Origin: Schmidtea polychroa
Taxonomy: Eukaryota
Direction of reading: 5' to 3'
NCBI GenBank assembly: GCA_044892525.1
Contig: JBJFYX010000158.1
Span: forward strand, 1-63,791
DNA: 63,791 nt
Positions within the stretch are counted from its first letter, which is position 1, and every line of letters begins with the position of its first letter. This document shows, piece by piece, positions 43,749 to 55,109 of the stretch. The notes under the pieces were generated by a model. That model saw nothing but the letters and a program-made list of their open reading frames with translations. It had not been told where the DNA came from and did not search any database. The position numbers were made by a program, and so were the translations under genes.

Positions 43749-46700
43749 CTATATACGTGAGTTTGGAGGGCGCTGAGCGTTCCAGGCCTCCACCCACTGT
43801 TCTTGTTTGATATCACTTGGTCGTTTCACTCGATGTTGGAAATTTCTGATTCGGGTCATCTCTAGTTCTCCGCGATGTCGTTTATCTTTAATTATTTTTA
43901 TTGTTCCCCCTGTTATGATTAGGAAGGCCCCTGTTATTATTATCCCACTGATCCACATCATCTGCTTCACGCTTATATTCTCTGGTTTCTCCTTGTTTGT
44001 TAATGTTGATATCGCTTCTGTACCTTGCTCGTTTCCTCTTTTGCCATTTCCTTTCATCATTTCCCGTATTCTTGCTATTTCCTCGTTCATACCCTCCTTT
44101 GCCATCTTTTGTATTTTTTCCATCTCTTCCTCCGAAACATAGTTGTCCTGAGCTTCCTCACCGGTTTTCTTGTGCTTTCCTCCTTCGTTCTTTTCGTCGT
44201 GGTTTTTTCTTTTCTTTCCTCTTTTCCCCGGGTATCGTCGGCATTCTCTTTTTGATTCGTTCCTCCAGATACAAACCGTGTATTCTTTCGGCGGCTGCTG
44301 CTGCGTCACATATTGATGGCATCTCTCACCTGGTCCTAATCTTGAAATACAGACTTTGTGCTCTTTTCTAGGTTGGAGCTGCGTTATTACTACTTCACCA
44401 CCTTTTCCTAGGTGTACCTCTTTTCCTTTAACGTTCGTTATTCTCTTCCCGTCTCGATTTCGGTATGCTTCTTGTATTCTTACTTCTGTTATTGGTTCTG
44501 TGTCCTCATTTATCAGTACTAGTTTCTGATACGCTCTAGACATGCATCTTCCTAGTATGCACCTTTCCTTTAAGTCCCATTCTTCCTTTAAATCCCACTG
44601 CTGCTCTTGTGCTTGCTTTTTCTTTTCTTGTTTTAGTTCATCCTCTTTGCTATCTTGATTCTCCGCTTCTTTGGTTTCTTTTATCGTTCTCGTCCCTCCA
44701 TGAGCTGTTACTAACTCTATCATGGTAAGCATAATTATCATTAATATCATATTTGTCTCTATTTCTTTGTTAGTGAAAGGTAGGCATACCCTCTGTTTTC
44801 CATTATTCGGTTTTTCCTCCTCTTTGGTCTTGGTTCCCGGCCTGTTTCCCTCTCTTTTCGTATCCAAATCCTTGTTTTCCGGTTTATCCTCTTCCGGTTC
44901 TCTTTTCCCTTTATCCTCTTTCCGGCCTTTTCCATCATTGTCATCGTGTTTATCTCCCCCGCTGTCATTTAAAATGTCGTCCTCGACATTTATATCGTTC
45001 AATAATCTGCGATATGCTGTTAGCACTCTGTTTCTTGCTAATTTTGCTTCGAATTCAAACTCTTTTCTACCCGTTGCAGCATGTCTCTTTCTATTCCATT
45101 CTTTAACTAACTCTCTCAATTGCATACGACGATGTTTCCCAATTCGTTGTTGCTCGTTCTGATTTTGCGTGAATTTTAGGTCTTCTCTATTTAATACTAT
45201 TAAAATAATTTTAGGCGTCCCCCCCTTAGTTAGGGTATTCTTTACCATCGCATTTTCTCCGTTTTCGTAGAATTCGTTTACATTTATCGCATATTTATTA
45301 TTTTGTGGTACTCTCCAGGTTAATAATAATTTCATTGCTTCTAGATTTTTCCGTACCGTATTCCATTGAAACTGAGATGTGTTTTTGCACATATTTTCAA
45401 CTTCTTCTTTTGTCGCATTTTTGCAAATAAATCTGATCATTTCTAAGTTTGGCTGTATGGTTGCCCAGTCCAAGGTGGAATTTCCTTCATTGGACCTTTC
45501 GTCTAGTTTCGATCCTGCTTGATGTAGGATGTGGAGTGTTTTTGGGTGTATTTTCGTTATAGCTGCATACATCATGGCGGTTTCACCTTGTTCATTTTTC
45601 GTGTTGGTTTCCTCGCCCATCTCCCCAAGGATTCTCATGATCGTTATTGCTCTATTCTCTTTTGCAGCTAGTATTGCTTGTTGTAGAGGTGTTCTGGAAT
45701 CCTTTGTTACCATCGTAAATGCTCGAGGCAAGAAGGTTTTGATTTTCCCGATATCTAAACCCGTGGTTTGATCTCTTGCGTATGTGTGTACGGCTTTTAT
45801 TATTTTGGACAATATTATTTCGTCTGGCAGCTCTAGCATTTCCTCAAAGAACACTTCTTTTGCTTTGCGTATTATTGCCTCTTGATCTATACTCATTGAT
45901 TTGGTTTCGATGACGTTGTTTGTGACCGTTTGGTTCGTTGTTGACTTTGATTCCCTGGATTTCTCATACCTTATTTTCGTTTTCTTTCCGTTTGGATTAT
46001 TGATTCGTTCCTCTGCTGTAAGTATTTGGATAATATCCAGGTAATTCTCGCGGATGTTATTCATTGTGTCCATCATATATAACACACTTACCGTTTCCCA
46101 ATATTTATTTCGTACTTGGTTAGTAAATTGGAATAGTGATTTTTCGAATGTGTCGATTCGCTTTTTTGTTAACTGTTCATCTTTGTGATTTGTGAATTTT
46201 ATCCCTCGTTCTAGTAATTGATTCGGGATTTCGAATAAATGATGTCCTTTCATAGCTTCTCTCATCAGCGTGTTCTCTCCTCTCGTGAACGCTTCGTTTA
46301 CGTTGATCATATAATCGTTTTGAATTGGATTTCTCCATGTAATTAATATTCCGGTAATTGTCGTCAGTTTTTCTTTGATCGCTGTTAACAATCCATCATA
46401 CATGTTTCCGACTTCCCGATTGTCCTCATATGATAGTAGTTCCATCAATGACGTGAACGCCTCGGTACTTCTCCCTTCGATAGCATGATGTAGAGCGTTT
46501 TTCCGCTCGTGGTCTTGTGTAGTTATTTTCGATCCGGTATCGAGTAATGCGGTTATAATGTCTTTTGTTTTGCCTCTGTTTGCGGCTATCATTAATGGTG
46601 TGTAACCTTGGTTGTTTGTTTGTTCTGTTGATCGCTTGCAGTCGTGAAATGCTTCTATTGTTTCTAGTATTTGCTCGTTGTTACCTACTTTCATGAGTTT

Positions 46701-49700
46701 GTGTAATGGTGTGTCTCCGTAATGATCTGTTATTGTAAATAATATTGGCCATTGGCTTTTGACTACTCGCAATAATGGGTGTGTCCTTTCTCTATTTGCA
46801 TAGTTCTCGATCATCGTCAATAATCCTCCTAATATTTCGAAATCTAATCGATCTTTCGCCCATCCAGGTATTTTAATTTTTACCTCTTTTACAATCTTTT
46901 CCGCTTCTGATGGTTGGATACCCAATCGTCCGGTGATCGGTTCTGCGAGTTGTTGCATCATGTTCATTCGGTAGGTTTGCGAACGTGTGGTTAATGTACG
47001 GCCTTCTGGTTGACTTGTGGCTGTTTTTGGAATTGATTTGCATCGTGCCACGTTTACGTATATTGGCCTGGTAAATGGGTTATTTACCAATTTCACTCTT
47101 ACATTGGTTTCGCCTACGAATAAGATCTCATATGGTCCTTTTCCGTTGCGTTGTAACTTTTTTGTGGTTCCTGGAATTAATTCCGGGGTTTCTATCATTA
47201 CCCAATCACCTGTTTGAAACGTATGTTGCTTCACGTTTTTCTTTCGATCGTGTAAATCTTTATAACTTTCCTGGTAGAACTTGATATTTAATCCCGCAGT
47301 TTCCCAAATCTCTTGCATTCTTTCCTTGAATTTCGTAACATAATCATCGATCTCCATATACTGCGATATCGGTGGTTGGTATTCCAGGTCCATTGGCATA
47401 TTACACTCTCTTCCGTACATTAATTTGAATGGGCTCATTTTCGTTGATGCGTGAATCGACATTCTGTATGCCATAAGACATAGGTTTATATATTCGTCCC
47501 AATCTCGTTGGTGACGGTCGACGTAGTTTGATAACATTTGTATAAGTGTTCCATTAAATCTTTCCGTCATCCCATTGGTTTGAGGGTGGTATGGAGATGT
47601 TCTTAGTTTTGCTATTTTGAAGTAATTTGTTACTTCGCTCATTATCTCACTCATAAAATTAGTTCCCTGATCGGTTAATATCTGTTTTGGTGTTCCATAT
47701 CGGCAACATATCTCTTCTACCAAAATTTTTGCGATTGTTTTAGCTTTTTGGTCTGGCATCGCGAATGCTTCTGGGAATTTCGTAAGAAAGTCTGTGATCA
47801 CTAGAATGTAAACGTTTCCTTTATCTGACTCTGGTAGTGGACCAACTACGTCCATGGATATCATTGTCATTGGTTCTATTGGTACTGGCATTGGCGTTAA
47901 AGGTGCTTTCCATTTCGATCCAGTATTCTTCCTGGTTGCACAAGTTAAACAATTTTTTACCCATTCGGTTACATCTTCAGTTAACGTAGGCCAAAAATAT
48001 TTCTGTTTCATTCTTGCTAACGTCTTTTTCGATGACATATGTCCTCCCAATCTCCCATCGTGGTATTGCGTTAGTAACTCTTTTCGTCGGTTTTCCGGTA
48101 TACACATTAATCGTTTTTCCCCATCCATTATCAGCAACCAATCTTTCTCTATAATATATCGGTGTCGGTGTTTATCCATATGTTCCTTTAATTTTTGGTC
48201 TTTCGCATATCCATCTGTCTTTCCGGTTTTTACATAATCGATAATTTGTTTTAATTCCGCGTCCTCTTGTTGGTCCTTTCGCAGTTGACAGAAATCCAAA
48301 TCTTCCGCTACTATTAAGCATATGCGTTGCATTTCTGAATCCACCAAATCTGGGAAAATAAATCTTGACATACAATCGGCGTTGGCATTTGCTCTTCCCG
48401 CTTTGAATTTTATAAATGGGGAGTATTCTTGTAATTGCATGGCCCATCTCATCAGTCTATTGGACGCTTCTTTATGTTGCCCTAACCACACTAATGGTTG
48501 ATGATCTGTGGTTATACATATCTCATGTCCCCATAGTAAGTATCGGAAGTGTTTGATAGCTTGTATTATAGCCAATGCTTCCCGTTCTGTTACCGAATAG
48601 TTCTTTTCGTGCTTTTTGAATGTTCGACTGTAATACCCGATTACTCTCTCTTTTCCTTCATCGTCTAATTGTCCCAGAATCGCGCCTGCCGCGTACCCGC
48701 TTGCATCCGTTGCTAATAGAAATGGCTTCTTAAAATCTGGGTGTACGAGGATAGGTGCTTCGATTAGTTTATCTCTCAGCGTTTCAAACGCCTCTTGTTG
48801 TTCCCTTCCCCAAATGAACGAAATGTCCTTCTTTACCAATTCCTGGATTGGTTTTGCAATTCCTGCATAATTTTTGATAAATTTGCGATAGTATCCGCAT
48901 AATCCCAGAAATTCCTGAACTTGGGTGACAGTTTTCGGTGCTGGACATGTTTTTATTTTCTCAATGTTTCTTGGATCTGGCTCCTTTCCTTTAGCTGACA
49001 CTATGTGTCCTAAAAACGTGACTTTTTCCTTTGCCCAATCGCATTTTGATGGTTTGAGTTTGAGTTTCCACTGTCTTAATCTAATAAATACGTTTCGGAT
49101 ATCTTCCAGATGTTGTTCAAATGTCGCTGAATAGATTAGTAAATCATCAATATATACCATACATTGTTTGATTCCATGGGTGACAAAGTTCATACACCGT
49201 TGAAATGATGCTGGTGCGTTGGTTAGTCCGAATGGCATTTTCCTGAATTGATATAGATCTCGTCCCAACGTGAAAGCTGTTTTCTCTTTGTCCTCATCTT
49301 TGACTTTAATCTGCCAGTATCCACTTTTTAGATCTAAAGAAGTAAAATATGCTGCCCCTTGCAACATCAATAACATCTCATTGATGTCCGGCAATGGATA
49401 GGTATCTCTCTTGGTTACTGCGTTTAACTTCCGATAATCGATACAGAATCGTTGGGTGCCATCTTTCTTTTTTACCATGACCACTGGGAATTGCCAGGGT
49501 GAGCAACTTGGTTCGATTACTTTTGCGTCTAGCATCTTTTGTACTTCTGTTTCGGCTATTTCTTTCTGCATTTCTGCTAGCTTGTATGGTCTCAATGCAA
49601 TTGGGGTTTCGTCTATGAGTGGTATTGCATGTAAGGTAACATCACATGTACCCAAGTCTAAATCTGAGATGGCGAATATATCTTTATATTCTACCAACAA

Positions 49701-49727
49701 TCGGTGCAATTTTTTTCTTTTCATCAT
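43749..49727 (-). CDS. pol: Pol-ANK-membrane polyprotein, copy 2
   Basis: Identical translation to 23249-29227. Confidence 0.95.
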   Translation of the reverse strand: MMKRKKLHRLLVEYKDIFAISDLDLGTCDVTLHAIPLIDETPIALRPYKLAEMQKEIAETEVQKMLDAKVIEPSCSPWQFPVVMVKKKDGTQRFCIDYRKLNAVTKRDTYPLPDINEMLLMLQGAAYFTSLDLKSGYWQIKVKDEDKEKTAFTLGRDLYQFRKMPFGLTNAPASFQRCMNFVTHGIKQCMVYIDDLLIYSATFEQHLEDIRNVFIRLRQWKLKLKPSKCDWAKEKVTFLGHIVSAKGKEPDPRNIEKIKTCPAPKTVTQVQEFLGLCGYYRKFIKNYAGIAKPIQELVKKDISFIWGREQQEAFETLRDKLIEAPILVHPDFKKPFLLATDASGYAAGAILGQLDDEGKERVIGYYSRTFKKHEKNYSVTEREALAIIQAIKHFRYLLWGHEICITTDHQPLVWLGQHKEASNRLMRWAMQLQEYSPFIKFKAGRANANADCMSRFIFPDLVDSEMQRICLIVAEDLDFCQLRKDQQEDAELKQIIDYVKTGKTDGYAKDQKLKEHMDKHRHRYIIEKDWLLIMDGEKRLMCIPENRRKELLTQYHDGRLGGHMSSKKTLARMKQKYFWPTLTEDVTEWVKNCLTCATRKNTGSKWKAPLTPMPVPIEPMTMISMDVVGPLPESDKGNVYILVITDFLTKFPEAFAMPDQKAKTIAKILVEEICCRYGTPKQILTDQGTNFMSEIMSEVTNYFKIAKLRTSPYHPQTNGMTERFNGTLIQMLSNYVDRHQRDWDEYINLCLMAYRMSIHASTKMSPFKLMYGRECNMPMDLEYQPPISQYMEIDDYVTKFKERMQEIWETAGLNIKFYQESYKDLHDRKKNVKQHTFQTGDWVMIETPELIPGTTKKLQRNGKGPYEILFVGETNVRVKLVNNPFTRPIYVNVARCKSIPKTATSQPEGRTLTTRSQTYRMNMMQQLAEPITGRLGIQPSEAEKIVKEVKIKIPGWAKDRLDFEILGGLLTMIENYANRERTHPLLRVVKSQWPILFTITDHYGDTPLHKLMKVGNNEQILETIEAFHDCKRSTEQTNNQGYTPLMIAANRGKTKDIITALLDTGSKITTQDHERKNALHHAIEGRSTEAFTSLMELLSYEDNREVGNMYDGLLTAIKEKLTTITGILITWRNPIQNDYMINVNEAFTRGENTLMREAMKGHHLFEIPNQLLERGIKFTNHKDEQLTKKRIDTFEKSLFQFTNQVRNKYWETVSVLYMMDTMNNIRENYLDIIQILTAEERINNPNGKKTKIRYEKSRESKSTTNQTVTNNVIETKSMSIDQEAIIRKAKEVFFEEMLELPDEIILSKIIKAVHTYARDQTTGLDIGKIKTFLPRAFTMVTKDSRTPLQQAILAAKENRAITIMRILGEMGEETNTKNEQGETAMMYAAITKIHPKTLHILHQAGSKLDERSNEGNSTLDWATIQPNLEMIRFICKNATKEEVENMCKNTSQFQWNTVRKNLEAMKLLLTWRVPQNNKYAINVNEFYENGENAMVKNTLTKGGTPKIILIVLNREDLKFTQNQNEQQRIGKHRRMQLRELVKEWNRKRHAATGRKEFEFEAKLARNRVLTAYRRLLNDINVEDDILNDSGGDKHDDNDGKGRKEDKGKREPEEDKPENKDLDTKREGNRPGTKTKEEEKPNNGKQRVCLPFTNKEIETNMILMIIMLTMIELVTAHGGTRTIKETKEAENQDSKEDELKQEKKKQAQEQQWDLKEEWDLKERCILGRCMSRAYQKLVLINEDTEPITEVRIQEAYRNRDGKRITNVKGKEVHLGKGGEVVITQLQPRKEHKVCISRLGPGERCHQYVTQQQPPKEYTVCIWRNESKRECRRYPGKRGKKRKNHDEKNEGGKHKKTGEEAQDNYVSEEEMEKIQKMAKEGMNEEIARIREMMKGNGKRGNEQGTEAISTLTNKEKPENISVKQMMWISGIIITGAFLIITGGTIKIIKDKRHRGELEMTRIRNFQHRVKRPSDIKQEQWVEAWNAQRPPNSRI

Positions 49728-50037
49728 TCGTCAACAACATACTATCTATTGTCCATAATTCATCATCTTTGATCATCTCGTTGGTCACTTTCGGTAATTC
49801 TATGTCCATCATTGGGGTCAATCTTCCCAATTTTTCGTTCTCATAAATGATTTTGTCTTCCTCTTCGAAATTCGTGATGTTGAGCGGTATCACTCCTTCT
49901 TGGTTTATTGTGATTATTTCTCTTGCGAGTGGTAATTCTCGTCGCTTTTCAAATGACTTGCTTGGTTCAAAGATAACTTCTCCTTCCATACCCGTATCCA
50001 ATCGAAAAGTTCGTCGGTGACTGTATTTTTTATCCAC
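49684..50037 (-). CDS. Gag-Pol linker segment in the -1 frame, copy 2
   Basis: Identical to 29184-29537. Confidence 0.65.
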   Translation of the reverse strand: MDKKYSHRRTFRLDTGMEGEVIFEPSKSFEKRRELPLAREIITINQEGVIPLNITNFEEEDKIIYENEKLGRLTPMMDIELPKVTNEMIKDDELWTIDSMLLTNDEKKKIAPIVGRI

Positions 50038-52076
50038 ATTCTTTCAAGTCCTCTACTCGTTCCGATTTTTATTACATACCGCGTGGTATCTGCCTGCTTC
50101 ATTTTTTCCATATACTTTTTTATAATTGATTTTTCCTCGTTTGGTATTAAATCTTTCTCGTTTCTTTCCAATTTCATCACTTTTTGCACGAATCGCCTGA
50201 ATGATATTACGTCGATGAACTCTTGGTTTCTCACTACCGCCGGGAGTATTTCGGCTACCTGTTTTATCGCTTCCTCCCTTGCTTTTCTCAACTTTATTTC
50301 GATATCCTCGTCTTCACTTCCACTTGTTATCTCGCTTTCGCTTTCTTCCTCTTTGATTTCCCCTTTTGGAGGTTCGCTTATTTCGTTTAGCTGTAGTATT
50401 TCTCCACCCAAACTACTTACATAATCTTCTTCTTCGTCTGACGATGCTACATCTTTTGTCCTTTTCATCATATTGATTTGCAAATTTCTCATCCTTGGTA
50501 CTCTCTTTAGTTTCTTTCTTTCGAATATCGTTGTTTCTTCTGATTCTAATTCTTGTAGCATTTGGTGGTTTAGTTGACTGGTTTGTTCCTTGCTCTTGTT
50601 ATTTTCATCTTCTGTCTCGGCTTTCGCTTTATTATGTTCTTTTTCGATTTTATCTTTTATCTTTTTCCAGAATATTTTCTGAATTCTCTGGTTTCCTTTT
50701 AAAATCGTGGTTGAATTCTCTGTTTTCATTTCCGTTGTTGTTTCTGTTACCTTTTCTGGTTCAGTCATGGGTACTACCCTTGGGTTTTTCCCGTAATTGT
50801 AGCAATACTGGCTTTTCATGTCTTTTACTAACTTCATCATATTAATTCGCAATGGTTGTTCTTGTCGTTGTTGGTTGCGTTCTTGTTTTATCCTCTCTTC
50901 CTCGGCCTGTAGTCTTTGCCATTCTTGTACATGTTGATGCACTTCATAATTGTTGAGATTTTCGGTACTCCTCATCATACGTATATTCTGGGTTTGTTGT
51001 GGTGCTGATTCCGGTCTCGGTCTCATCATTTGTTGCATCATCTGTTTCATCTGCGAGATTTCCTGCATAACGTTCATTTGTTTTCCTTCGCTAGGGTTAC
51101 TTTGTCGTTGCGGATTCGCCATATAATTATTATTTCGCTGTGGTGGTCGTTGTTGTTGGCCCCTTTCTCGGCAATCTCTGGAGATGTGACCTGGCTGACC
51201 ACAGTTAAAACAACCTCTCAATTGGCATACATTTTCGGTATGTCCACGCCGTCCGCAACGATTACAATTTGAATTTCTATAGCAATCTCTGTCCCAGTGT
51301 CCTGGTTTACCGCATGTTCGACACTGCTTGTTATCGTTCATATTTCGTCGATTATTAAAATTGTTCTCATTATTCGGGTTGTTACGATTACCATTATTCC
51401 CATTTGATCGTCCTTGTGGTGGTTTGAAAATTTGGTGCGCTCCTGGTATAAATTGATTCATTTTCGGTTCTTGATTGTTGTTATCTCCGTTATCCGCTTT
51501 CGCTATTGCTGTCATTATCCTTCCCTCCTCTTGCATAATATTCATTTGAGCTGGAAGGTGGAGCTCACATCTTGTAGCCCAATCTATGGCTTCCTCTAAT
51601 GTTTTGCACATTTGACAACCTACTGAGGCTCTTACTTCTTCTCGGCGTAATCCCTCTATGAAATAACCGATCAGATTTTCTTCGGGTAATTTTCCATTCA
51701 TTGCTTTCTTCGCTAATCTCCGCAATTCACTGGCATATAATGTTATCGATTCGTTTGCTCTTTGTTTCCTATTTGCTAGTTCGCCCAACGCCTGGTTGAT
51801 TGGCTTACTGGCTCCGAAGGTTTTCTTCAGGAATGTTTTGATATCTTCCCACTTTTCCAATTTCGTATCTCTCTCTTTAGCTTCTAAATATACTTCTAAT
51901 GCGCTATCGCACAAAAACAACGGCATCCTTTTACTAATTGCTTCGGGTGTCCATCCACACACAGTGATATAAACTTCAAAATTAGTTATGAACGGTGCTA
52001 GCTTGTTTGCATTTCCGTTGAACGGTTCTCCTCTGAACTTCTCTTTATACTCGTCGGTTTTTACGACATTCGTCAT
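49914..52076 (-). CDS. gag: Gag, copy 2
   Basis: Identical translation to 29414-31576. Confidence 0.93.
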   Translation of the reverse strand: MTNVVKTDEYKEKFRGEPFNGNANKLAPFITNFEVYITVCGWTPEAISKRMPLFLCDSALEVYLEAKERDTKLEKWEDIKTFLKKTFGASKPINQALGELANRKQRANESITLYASELRRLAKKAMNGKLPEENLIGYFIEGLRREEVRASVGCQMCKTLEEAIDWATRCELHLPAQMNIMQEEGRIMTAIAKADNGDNNNQEPKMNQFIPGAHQIFKPPQGRSNGNNGNRNNPNNENNFNNRRNMNDNKQCRTCGKPGHWDRDCYRNSNCNRCGRRGHTENVCQLRGCFNCGQPGHISRDCRERGQQQRPPQRNNNYMANPQRQSNPSEGKQMNVMQEISQMKQMMQQMMRPRPESAPQQTQNIRMMRSTENLNNYEVHQHVQEWQRLQAEEERIKQERNQQRQEQPLRINMMKLVKDMKSQYCYNYGKNPRVVPMTEPEKVTETTTEMKTENSTTILKGNQRIQKIFWKKIKDKIEKEHNKAKAETEDENNKSKEQTSQLNHQMLQELESEETTIFERKKLKRVPRMRNLQINMMKRTKDVASSDEEEDYVSSLGGEILQLNEISEPPKGEIKEEESESEITSGSEDEDIEIKLRKAREEAIKQVAEILPAVVRNQEFIDVISFRRFVQKVMKLERNEKDLIPNEEKSIIKKYMEKMKQADTTRYVIKIGTSRGLERMWIKNTVTDELFDWIRVWKEKLSLNQASHLKSDENYHSQEK

Positions 52077-54297
52077 GATTGGTGTTCTAGATTCGTCTGT
52101 TTCTTTTAAATTGTCTAACGATGTGACTAAACTTTGGGCTGATAATTCCTCGGTTGACGTTGCTAAACTATTAGTGATGTCGGACAGACTTTCTCTGCTT
52201 CGAGATCGACTAGGGGTGTATCCGAGATTTTCTTGGTCAAATATAGGTACTTGATTGGTTCTTCTTGATCCTTGCGATATTCCTCTTTGCTGTTTAATAG
52301 ATCGTCCTCTTTTGAGTTGTTGTAATTCGTCTCCTGAAAATAATACGTCTCCTGGCTTACTTGAAGATCTAAGATTGGGTTTATCCGTGATTCCTTTCTT
52401 ACGCTTCTTGGTAATTAGCGGCTATTGAATTGGACGAGTTCGGTTCTGATTGTGTTTCCTTCGATAAATATTCTGTATGGATCTGCTACTGTGATTCTGA
52501 GGAGATTCACTAGTCCTTGACAGATGGCTGCTAATATTATGAGGTTGAATATATCGATGATTCGTTCGAAGTTGGAGATATCGCTATCTGTATCTTCTTC
52601 CGTTCTGGAGTCTTCCGGTTGCTGTGTCTCTCGGTGCGGGTTCTGAATGAATTTATTCTTGGTCGATTGTCGATTTCTTCGAATTCCTTTTGTGCAGGTT
52701 CTGGATTGTCTTGGTTGACTGGATTGGTTTGATATCTAAAATGAAAAAATGATCTCGTGTTGCATTTGCTTACACGACTTCATCATTCTTTCAACAACGT
52801 TCGAACACAGACACCTTTTAGGTTCTGTTTATGCTTCCCCTATTTTTTATGCAATTACTTCCGCGGGTTATAATCTCCCATCAGCCCGAATTTTTCGTCG
52901 ATTTTAAATTATCTATATGGGGTAGTAACAATTATCTATCAAGTCGTAATAATTATCTATTCGTTATCAATTATAGTAAAAATAGGTCGTTGTCGGTCTC
53001 TGCTTATTACCCCCCTTCGTTTTCCTATTCCTTTTGCGCTGTTGTCGCTATTTTACTTTTCATATTTACTATTATTACGCTCGGTTCTACTCTGGAACCA
53101 ATAAAATGCATTTTCCCGGTTTAACCAAAAAAAATATTCCGTAGAGTTTCTCTACCTTACTGGGATCCCTTTAATTAGTTGGTTACTTTCCTCTTTACTC
53201 ATTATCATCGTTTCGCCTATTCTTTATTTTCCATTATCTCTTTAATTCGTTTCCTTCTTCCCTTTCCTTTTTCATTATAATCTTATTATCTTTTCCACGA
53301 GCTCGTTTATTTCCTCTCTAAACTCAAATTTTCGTAATTACATTCAATTTGTTTCTAGCTAGCTTTAATATTCCCTTTCTCTATTAATTCAGATATTAGC
53401 TCATTGTAGCTTAACTGCTATCTCTCGCTTTTCTAGGCCTTTACGACTGGCTGGCACTATTCAACAGCTCAATCTTCTTCCTTCTGATCGGTTGGACTAT
53501 TCGACAACTCGATCTTACGACTGGCTGGCACTATTCAACAGCTCAATCTTCCTCCTTCTGATCGGTTGGACTATTCGACAACTCGATCTTACGACTGGCT
53601 GGCACTATTCAACAGCTCAATCTTCCTCCTTCTGATCGGTTGGACTATTCGACAACTCGATCTTACGACTGGCTGGCACTATTCAACAGCTCAATCTTCC
53701 TCCTTCTGATCGGTTGGACTATTTTACCGTTCAGCTTTAACATTCTTTACTCTGCATGCTTCTACTTCTCTCTTTCTTCTTTTACTCAAGATTACCATTT
53801 TCTCTGTCTATTTTTAATTTGTCGACTTAATTTTTACCGCTCGGGAGTGTGTCCCCTTTCCCCCCTTGCTCAAAACGCACGACGATCGCGATGATCCATT
53901 TCTACATTGGCATGGTGATCAGTCATGCCGCAGAAACTTCTCATCATTTGCGATGGTACCCCGCCCTACGCTCCTCACTTAGGTTGATCGGTTATCCCCT
54001 CCCAATTGGTTTTATCGTATGATAGAACGTACCGCCCTAAGGTGGCTCGGTTTGTACCCTTACAGCCTATATTGGGACTAATTCCACGTTATTTCGGTTT
54101 TCTTTTCGTTTGATTCCAAAACAAAGTTATAAAATAAAATTAAAAGCCATAAATTACTCAGTTCACAACAAAAATTTATTCGTCATAGAAATAAAATTTA
54201 AAACTTTATTAAAATTTCACACAACAGTTACATTCATTCTCATTTAATTGTCAGTATCAATTTGATGTTCATAGATGTCATGGTAGCTGTAACAGTT

Positions 54298-54834
54298 TTA
54301 TTCACCATAATAAACCATATGAGTTTCTTTTATTTCATGCCTACATATCGTACATCGTTTTAAATCGTTCACACATTCTTCGCAGTGACTGAGGTGTCCA
54401 CGCGGCAAAAACAGTACGCGAATAGGACGAAGTTTACAAGCACGACAAGTTCGTAGTAGAGTCAGTTTTTCTTGTATTTTCCGCTCGATTGTATCTGATA
54501 TGGTATTTAGTGGATCTTTTATACGTTGATAATCAAGATTTAATGCTGGGTGGTTCAATCTCTCTTGATACCATTGATACACGGTTTCCGGGTTTACCTT
54601 CCCCTCTGGGTGACTTAGTCCTGTGGCTAATAACATGTGGTTGGGGACGGCTGGTGTTTGCCCGATTGCTTGAAGTAGTATGATGTTAATTCTTTCTCTT
54701 TTTTGTGTCAGCGTTTTAAGGGAGTCATTCTCGATGTTTATGAAGTTGATTAGTTGTTGTATCTGGTCCACGAATTCCGTCATGTCTATTAAAAAAAATG
54801 TTTCAGTAATATATGACTTCGTTTCGTCAAACAT
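54298..54834 (-). CDS. IAP-type RING ORF, copy 2
   Basis: Identical translation to 33798-34334. Confidence 0.75.
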   Translation of the reverse strand: MFDETKSYITETFFLIDMTEFVDQIQQLINFINIENDSLKTLTQKRERINIILLQAIGQTPAVPNHMLLATGLSHPEGKVNPETVYQWYQERLNHPALNLDYQRIKDPLNTISDTIERKIQEKLTLLRTCRACKLRPIRVLFLPRGHLSHCEECVNDLKRCTICRHEIKETHMVYYGE

Positions 54835-55084
54835 TCTCTTTTCTAACTCGTTATCGTTATTTTACTTTTATCTTATTTCTCCATCATTAAATTTGCTTTA
54901 TTTATATTCTTAATTTTATTATTTTCTATTCGTGATTTATAATAAGATTCAATAAGCATTAGTCAATTTGCACTCGCTAACCCATTGAAATCACTGATCC
55001 CCGGTGAGTTCATTCTATTCGACAGAAATTCACTCAATAACATCCTTATCCAGTTTACACTAGTCAATGGAAATTTCAATCTAA

Positions 55085-55102
55085 ATCCCGGCTGAGCCCC
55101 CA
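55085..55102 (-). promoter_or_regulatory. Primer-binding site, tRNA-Pro type, copy 2
   Basis: Same sequence as 34585-34602. Confidence 0.85.
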
Positions 55103-55109
55103 AAAATTA